Assembly: GCF_000150275.1 (NCBI RefSeq)
Contig: NW_002060950.1
Location: 1,786,106-1,850,105, forward strand
Origin: Trichoplax adhaerens
Taxonomy: Eukaryota; Animalia; Placozoa
Reading direction: 5' to 3'
Length of the DNA: 64,000 nucleotides
The notes beneath the pieces are model-generated. The model saw only the letters and a program-made list of their open reading frames with translations, made no database searches and had not been told where the DNA came from. Positions within the stretch are counted from its first letter, which is position 1. Each line of letters starts with the position of its first letter. Below, piece after piece: positions 55,101 through 64,000 of the stretch. The position numbers and the translations under genes are program-made.

Positions 55101-58100
55101 CAAATATTGAAGGGGACAATTCTATATCAAACGTAGGGAATGAATGATAACGGGAGAAAATGGTATTGAATCTATTTAAACTAGTTTACGATAATGATTG
55201 ATGACTACGATTAGTCCCATATTGAGCTTTTTAGGCTCTAGTCGAATACTCGTAAGTTGGCCTTGTTTTAGTAATAAGATTAAATTAAAAATCCATCGGC
55301 TACGTTTTAATGGAATAATCTTCCAAGCCTATTTAAATTGATATTAGCTGATGATAAATTGAACTGGTAACATTAAATAATTGTTCATTCATTTTGCCAA
55401 CTGTGGTTTCCTAGCCTATTCAAATGGATAGTGATGATGGTAAATTAAACTGGTAAAATTGACAGTTGCTCATCCTCCTTGGCTATTCTTGTTTCTAAGC
55501 CTATTCAAGTAGACATTAGATGATGGTAAATTGAGCTGATGATATTAGCAATTATTCATCCATTTTGCCAACTTTGGTTTCTAAGCCTATTCAAATGGAT
55601 ATTGATGATAGTAAATTGAGCTAGTAAAATTGGCAATCGCTAATCCTCTATGCCAACTCTTGTTTCTAAGCCTATTCATTTAGATATTGATCATGGTAAA
55701 TTGAACTGATAAAATAGGCAATTGCTCATCCTCTTTGCCAACTCTTGTTTCTAAGCCTATTCAAGAAGATATTGACGATGGTAAATTGAATAGGTAAAAT
55801 TAGTAATTGCTCTTCCATTTTACTAGCTCATATTTCGAAGTCTATTCAAGGGGATATTGATAATGGTGAATTGAATAGACGAGATTAACATTTGTCATCT
55901 TGCTCATCAATATACCTAGCTATATATGCATAGACTTTTTATCCATAGATAAAAGAATTCATTTCGACATAGGGAATAAACACAGACTATGACATTGACT
56001 AATATCATCAGTCGAACAAAAACCGTATGATATCATGAATGGAAGAATAAATTCGATTACACGTTAAACGAATCGATTTTCAACTATTTAATAAGCTCCT
56101 TTCAACCATTAGGAGTTTATGGAGGATTAAAATGGATGAAAAAATAAACGAATATGGCGTTATTGTCTTATTGAGTTTTAGGCAGGATAAAAAATAATCA
56201 ACATAGACGCTAATTAAGACATACCGGAATTTTTACTCTATTTTATCCTAAGCTAATTATCCCTTAGAATGAAAATTTAAATGATAATGGCCATAATAAG
56301 TAGAAATGGATGTTATGAAATAAGTTCTTGTGAAAGAAATTAAAGAGGAGAAAGACAGTAGTAAAATCTTGATTTCTCAATACATTGCATAGAGTAATAA
56401 ACGAATTGATTTTCAAGCGATTGATGATGGCAGTCATAATAAACACGAATAGAGCCTGTAGACAGTTTAAAACTCAGATTTTCTTTCATGCTTTAATGTT
56501 AGAACTACTCTAGATAGCACTATTGGCTATGGCTAGACGACAAGTGGGAAAACAATTAAGTCAAATAAGAATGAATATCACAGCAAGAGTTTTGTCCCAC
56601 TCTTTTAAAAATTCATTAAAATAATTACCACTATCTGATATGGTTAATTGTACTTGTCTGGCCGGGATAATGCAGAGTCAGGATTCTCTACTTGTTATTG
56701 ACAGTTCAATAAAACAATACTCTAGCTACCAATAGAATATATCGTATATTATCGTTGAAATGAAAAATGCAATGTCCAATCATTCCATCCTAGCTAGAGA
56801 TCATTCTTAATAGATTTCTTGACGAGCTCTATCGTAGGTTACTATTGCTATTCTGCTCCAGCAAAGGAAAGGATCCATTTTCTAGTGCTAAAAAAAAGAA
56901 TCCAATGGTACTGTAGAGCCTTTCTCTTTCATGGTAAAGATTTTTAATCATGGACTATTCATGAAATTTTAGAATAGGGAAACATCAGGTAGTTCAGCAG
57001 GAATACATATTGATGTCAGTTGAAATGGATTATAGATACTAGCATAATAAATCCATGACAAAATATGATCTATCAAGATATTGATGAAGGTATAATGTGT
57101 TGGATAGAAAAAGAGAATGGATTATGAATATTCAAATAAACTGCTGCTGGTGAGATTAGATGTAGAAAATCATCAACTTTCCCTAGTTCACAGTAATAAA
57201 TGACCATATCAGAATAGATTGAACAGTTATAGTATAGCATTAACTATAGCTATTGGTAGACTATTATGGTGTCAGTAATGGTTTAAAGAATAGATCGGAA
57301 ATATTTAAACAAATTCAAGTTGGTGAGTTTGGGTGTAGAAAAGCATCTGCTTTCCATAGTTAAAAGCAATAAATGGCCGTGTCGGAATAACTATTGGTGG
57401 ACTATTCAGGTATCCATAACTGGCTTAAAGAATGGATTGGAAATATTGAAACAAATTCAAGTTGGTGAGATTGGATGTAGAAAGATATCAACTTCCCATA
57501 GTTAACAGTAATAAATGACTATGTTAGAATGGATTTGACCGCTACAGTATTGCATTATTGGTAGACTATTCAGAAATCAATAGTGGTAGAACGTAGAGAG
57601 AGCAATGGAAAAGGAAAAATGGATCAGAAATGTTCAAATAACGACTGTTAGTGAGATTTAATATGAACGAGGAAAGCGCCTGTCGTTCAAAATAGTAAGA
57701 TGACCATGTTGCCATGGATTTAGCAACTGCTTGTTATTTACCCTAATGATATCTGAGATATAGAATATGAAGATAGAGGAGATGACGGCATAATGAACTT
57801 GAAAGAGTGATCAAGAAGATCAATTAATCAGGAATATTTCTTTACCAAAAACTGGAGGAAGATTTATTGGAAGAATTCTCATTCGAGTTTAATGTAATTC
57901 GTTCAAACAACTGGTACACCAGTTTTCTAATTAATTATTTACAATTAGGGTTTAAAAATCTAATCATGTTATTAACTTATTCGATACAATAAAAGATTAA
58001 TTAATCTATTTGGGTTGAATGATAACCAACAGTCTTCATGATGATCATAAGGGCTATCAAAATCTCATCGGTTAACAGTCTAGTTTACGCCAATCTCCAT

Positions 58101-61100
58101 GGATATTCTTGACTCAATTTAATATCAGTATGATGATTCATTGCAAGATTATGATGCCACATTACTTTTCAAACACACTTCTTAATGGAATATACCTTGA
58201 TTAATAAAAGCTCTTGTAAGCATTTGATAAACACGAGTATAATGACAATGATTAATTCTATTTGCATATAAATGGGTTAATTTCAAATTTTTTAGCTAGC
58301 ATGCGGCAGGTTAATATTGATTTGAAATACCTTGACAGCATTGATCTTCGAGGATAAAATGATCGATTAATCTTTGCAAGTTAGGTAGCATGAGGGAATT
58401 GGGTGAATATAGTTTCATCTTCAATTCACTGAACTTGTATCGAGTATACGGATAACTTTTCAATTTTTATGTTATTCAATCACACGTTAAAATGACTTTT
58501 AATGGCCTTGATAGGAGTTTCTATTGGATAACTTTTCAGTTTTCATGCTATCCTATTACGAGTATAAATGGCTTTTAATGAGCTTGATAGGAGTTCTATT
58601 GAATAACATTTCAATTTTCATGTTATCCTATCACGGGTTAAAATAACTTTTAATGACCTTGGTAGGAGTTTCTATTACGAGAAAATATCTTTCTAGGACA
58701 AATCTTAAAAAATGACAAAATTGTGTATCATAATGAACGAGTTTACTCTACTGGGATGCAGTTGAGAATATACCGTATTATATTCGAGGATGAAATGATG
58801 AATACATTTTGGAATCAATTTCTATTCGTGTAAATTAGTTATACCAAACTGATTCAATCAAAGCAGCCATTACTCGGATTTGGCTTCCTTATTTTAAAAT
58901 GGTGCCTTAACCAGATAGCTTTGTAGATAGAATAAAGTCTTTCTCAAAGACTGAAATCAAGGATAAATTTGTAGTATCCACTTGAATTAGTTAGAAGAAT
59001 TTGAATGCTGTTGATACTATTTTCATTTTACGTAAATGATGCTACGCTTGAGTGAATTTAGGACCCATAGAATTGTCTATGGATAGAAAGGATGATATTA
59101 AAATCAGTTACAATTTTGACGCTAGGTTGTACCTGAATAATGCGTTGTTGTATGCAAATGGTTTAGATTTAGATCCTATCAATTCAACATTAATATTATC
59201 GATAATTACTCCATCAATTGATGATCAATAAGGAAGTGAGGAACCGTAATCAGCATCTATCATCATAAAATGATATGCTTAGGACAGGGGGAAATTTTTC
59301 AAAGCCATGAACGAAATCCCTATTAGAAACAAATTTGAAGCCTTCAAATTTTTATAAGGCTTTCTGCTATTATAATTATTGATGCACTATTTAATCGAAA
59401 ATAGAATGATTAATCTATTGATATTAGTATTACTTTATAGTTGAAACGATTTAATTATAATGGCGGTAGTAACCACCACTCTATTCGTTTCAAGAGCATT
59501 ATTTTGATGGGGAAAAATTTAATTCGCTGGCCTTCACTATGATCATTTGGCCTCGTGTATTTGAATCCTATCCATCATTGATCATTTCTATATTGATTTA
59601 ACGTTATCTTTTAATCAAGAGAATTATCCTATTTATATGTGAATACATGGAATTAATTTAATGTTATATTTACAATGTTATATTTACAATGCCTAACGAT
59701 ACTCTATACTATCCTGAAGAGTTATTAACCTAATATTCATTTTTACATTTGCTAGTCTGCAAGTCTTGTATTGTTAAGCATCTAGAAGATAGCAATAATT
59801 GCCCAAAATGCGATAATGTCGTCCATCAAAGCCATCCATTACAATATATCAGGTAAGAGATATTCAAGGAGGATTCTTCGATGTTTATTTTCAAATCAGC
59901 ATAATTTTCTTTTATAATCAGGTAGGTTATTGTTTAGTTCAATTTATTCAGAGGTAGTCTAAGTTGAGCGACAACCCATTAGTTCCGTCATTATTGTTTT
60001 AAAATCAATTGAAATTGACAATATATCATATTTTTCTATCACAAAGAAAGGCCTACTTTCGAAGTTAGTTATCATAGATCAGTCATTTCTTGCCTTACGC
60101 TATGGGTGATTTTCTACTTTTTAATCTTTTATATCCATAAAATAACTATGAATGACTGCCTAGGTGCATAAACTATCCATCTACTTTTATAGTTCTACTA
60201 AAGAATTTCCCTTTTATCCGTCAGTGTTTAAAAGACGAGTGTAGAAATGAATTCGATCATTTATATTATACTCGTCTATATCGAACATAAAATAACTGTC
60301 AATGACTGCCTAGGTATATAGACTGTCTATCTGCTTTTCCCTTGCTATTGAAGAATTTCCCTTTTATCCATCAATGTTTAAAAGGCGATTATAGCAATGA
60401 ATGCAATCATTCCTACTGTCCTCGTCTATATTGGCTATAAATATATCTGTCAATGATTCATTTCTACATACTTCACTAATCTATAATTTACAGTATATTG
60501 GCCATAAAAATAACTAGCAATGACTGTCTAAGTTGCATAAACTATCCGGCCACTTTTACATTAATGCAAAAGAACTTTCCTTTTATCCGTCAATGCTTGA
60601 AAGGCGAGTATAGAAATGAATTCAATCATTCCTACTATATTCGTCTATATTGGCCATAAATATAACTGTCAATGATTACTCGGATGAATGGAGTGTTTGT
60701 CTAGTTTTACTAAAGAATTTCTCCTCTGTCTGCAAAGCTTGAATACAGGAGCGTATAAATAACTCTAAATAGCTACTTAGATACATGAAACATCCATTTT
60801 GGTTTTACTGAAGAATTTCTCATCTATCCGTAAATGCTTGAGAGTGAAATGTATCAATCGAGCTATTTCTACTGTGCTAGTCTAAATGGCCAAATGAATA
60901 GAGTACCTGTTCAGAGTTACTCAAGAATTCCCCCTCTGTCCGTAAATGCTTGAATATCGGAATATGTAAATGGATTAAATCATTTCTACTGTACTCTTAA
61001 GAACATATTAACTAGAACTCTAAACCACTACCGGCACCGCACGGAATAGCGCGCCCATTTAGTTTTACTAAAGAATTTCTCTTCTATTCGTAAATGTTTG

Positions 61101-63627
61101 AAAGTAGAATGTATAAATCAAACCATTTCCATTGTGCTGGCCTAAATGGCTGGATGAATAGAATGCCTGTTAAGTGTTCGTCAAAATCCCCTGTCCGTAA
61201 ATGCTTGCATTCGGAATGTATAAAATTGATTAAATCATTATTACTGTAATCTTATATGTTGGCCATAACTCCAAACTACTACAGGTACCGGAGTAAATAG
61301 AACGGCAATCTACAGTAGTTTGTCTAATTGAAGAACTTCCCCCTATCTATAAATACTTAAATAGATAAGTGCATAAATTGACCGGTAATATTATGAATTT
61401 TGCATGCCATCATTTCTGTATTGGCAATAAAGTAACTTTAGATTACCACCTGAGTGAATAGTATCGCTCTGCTTTTATTGAAAACTCTTCATTTTATAAA
61501 TAAATGCTTGAATAGTTGACCGAAAAATAGCTCTAAATTACTACCTGAGTATATCGAGAATATCGAGTATCTCATTTAATTTTATCGTTATTGAAAAAAG
61601 TTCTTTTTGTATCAGTAAATGCTTGAATTAATATATAACATAGGCTACTATATATCAAAGACATTCTTTCCATTATATACGAGTAGATTGGATATAGAAT
61701 AACTCTAAATTACTACCTGAGGGCATAGAGGATATTGAGTATCCATCGAATTTTATGTTTTATTGAGAAATTTCTCTTCAATCTGTAATACTTAAATAGA
61801 TCAATTTACTGGTAAATCATGATAACTTTAAATGCCATCTGTTCCTATACGTGCATTAGCCATGTTGTCTTTCATCCCTCTTGTTAGGATAGTTTTTCAA
61901 ATGTTATGACGAGATTTAATCATTAGTATACCATGATCTGTTCCAATAAATTGGAATGATTCGATTGATCTTCCTACACAACATCCATCTTTCATCGTAT
62001 ATCATCACCACAGGATACAGCTAGTTACGCCAGTTATTCAATGTTACTTAGACTATTGTTCATTCTTAGGGTTATATGATGAATACTCACCAGTAGTCCT
62101 ATTGTCGACAATCAAGAGACTAATTTAATTTGTTGACATTGCAGATCAGTTATTTCTATTGATACTGATGATAAAATATTAATCATCGATTGTATAATAA
62201 AATAGGATAAATTGATAGGAGACAATTTTTGATTTCATCATCGCTGCTAATCGATCCAATAATGATTCTACACTACATAGAGTTTATTAATTCTATTAAT
62301 TAGATATGTTATCTTAGCCGTTTAAAGGTAAAATCCACGAAGGACACATTTCGATTTTCTTTGTTACTCTTTCACCTCCATCCACATTTAGTAAATCGAT
62401 TACAAGTTCTCTTGCAGTTAGTACTGCGCTATAAATCCTATCGATTACCATTTTGTAGCACTGGAAACGAATAGTGCAGATAGTTTAAAATAGACAGTAT
62501 AGCTTATGAATGAAGTAGTAACTGTTAAAGGATTCCGATGAGATAGGATAAAACTTAGGATCGAATAGTTTTTACTTTCATGACCTTTAACGGTTCGACT
62601 ACAGTACGCAGATGACGTAGATGAAATATTACTTGTCTACCAATACTGTCGCCTTAATGCTCAATAGAGTTTATGTAATATTATACTACAACATCTTCTG
62701 GTTTGAGTTATATTAATTGATTGTAGTCATTATTACCGTTCTAGTTGGTTTGATTTTAATAACATATATGTTACATAAACATATTCCTCCTTGCTTGTTA
62801 TCTCTATGCTTTCAACTATACAATTGATTAGAAGAGTATCCAATTCTGCTATCAACTTAAAAAAGTGATATTATCATGGCGTATTGATGTTGCTCTTGAC
62901 ATAAAAGGAATAAATAGTAAAATTTCATCATTTTTACGCTGTCGTCTAATATCTTACTCTTTCATACAAAAACATTCTTATGCGACTATATCGTCGACTG
63001 CTGATAACTCGATCTAACCGATGAGATATATCACTCAACAGTTTAATTACGGAAACTGCATACCGCATTGAATCCGATTAATTATGGTGGTATTGAAAGT
63101 TTTATTAGGACGGATACATTCTGTTTGATCTCAAATAGATCATAAAATATTGCTTCTAAATTGTGTTTATCTACTTGAGTTTTATGGACAAGACGAATTT
63201 AAAAACATCAACCGAAAAAAGCACTAGTGAATCCGATTTCAATTATGATCTAACTATGAGAAATCTGTCAACAACGTTATCTTATTCTTTTTGATCATAT
63301 GTAGGCTATAAGCTATAGGTTCTAAATTGTGCTTATCCATTGAACTACATAGATCAGATGATTTTAAATAAATTAATTTGAAAAATTGCTAGTAAATTTG
63401 ATCTCACGACCTAATACTGAGAAATTCTACTGACAACGTAATATTATTCTATTTGATGATAAATAGACTGTTAAACTATTTCTTCTATTTTGAACTCATC
63501 TATTTAAATTTCATGGAGTAATTTTCAGATATGATTAACGGGAAATAACTAAGTCTTCCTGTTCATTTTAGCTACGATCGAACTATGCAAGATTTAGTTT
63601 ATAAATTGGTTCCTGGATTGCAAGAAC
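52130..63627 (+). CDS. PCGF3: PCGF3-like Polycomb group RING finger protein, partial (3' exons lie beyond the window), with very long introns
   Basis: Exons 52130-52235 ([35 protein letters not shown]; acceptor probably at 52107), 59756-59852 ([33 protein letters not shown]) and 63572-63627 ([18 protein letters not shown]) have GT-AG sites with matching phases. HQSHPLQYI is PCGF3-type. Confidence 0.88.
55320..55875. repeat. Intronic minisatellite, ~85-bp unit, about 6.5 copies
   Basis: The anchor aagcctattc recurs at 55325, 55412, 55497, 55583, 55668, 55753 and 55838. Confidence 0.9.
57120..57725. repeat. Degenerate intronic tandem repeat (about 140-185-bp spacing)
   Basis: Recurring aaatgaccat..gaatggatt, attggtagactatt and aaacaaattcaagttggtgag. 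Confidence 0.7.
58445..58680. repeat. Intronic ~76-bp repeat, 3 copies
   Basis: ataacttttcaattttcatgttatcc..ttttaatg..cttgataggagtttctatt is repeated. Confidence 0.8.
60130..61800. repeat. Long degenerate tandem repeat region in PCGF3-like intron (about 150-bp core units, progressively diverging)
   Basis: aatgactgcctaggt..aagaatttcccttttatcc..aaatgcttga..tcgtctatattggccataaa recurs many times. Confidence 0.8.
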
Positions 63628-64000
63628 GTAAGTTCTATTGTTTCAATTAAATCAATTAACAATTGCTTTATCTATTCTTAAATAATTAGCATACATCAAA
63701 CTATTGTTGTAAGTATCAGGCGGTTCTTGAAACAATAGAAAGTAAACAAATGATGAATAGATTAAGCAAATAAAAATAATTACTCCTTGCCAATATGGAT
63801 CGCTTTATATGCTTTAGTTTTTTAATTCTTTATTTTTCCCCTAAAGGGAGTGTTTACAACATTCCAACAAGACTTTCAATCGTTGCGATTGAAAATCAGC
63901 TAGATAGTATCAGTTTTTAGAGTTAGTTGATAAATTAATATCATGCGTGTCTCTAGTACAATTTTTAATTTGATAGTGGATTGAGTTATGAATAGATCAT

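Overview
Eukaryotic, AT-rich, intron-dense animal DNA. The compact GT-AG introns and gene set suggest an early-branching metazoan, probably a placozoan such as Trichoplax; this is inference only. The left 28 kb is gene-dense: Lst2/ZFYVE28 (+), SRP72 (-, about 22 exons), CHMP7 (+, divergent from SRP72), NF-YA (-), a tRNA-Arg(ACG) gene (-) and a compact non-canonical PCGF RING/RAWUL gene (-). The right 36 kb is nearly gene-free and holds a second, PCGF3-like paralogue (+) whose RING exons sit in 7.5-kb and 3.7-kb introns and which runs off the window. The two PCGF genes point away from each other and share exon boundaries. Most notable unexplained items: (1) the PCGF pair with very unequal intron sizes; (2) a ~270-nt structured island in the NF-YA intron next to a duplicated copy of the NF-YA upstream motif; (3) a candidate two-exon 95-aa single-pass membrane protein with tyrosine, NPxF and PDZ-type motifs; (4) a 7-copy array of 47-bp hairpin units; (5) a tRNA 3'-flank copy without its tRNA in an SRP72 intron; (6) TACTGTAC/GTACAGTA clusters at gene 5' ends. 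Exon structures were derived by hand, and most short ORFs in the supplied track are spurious.
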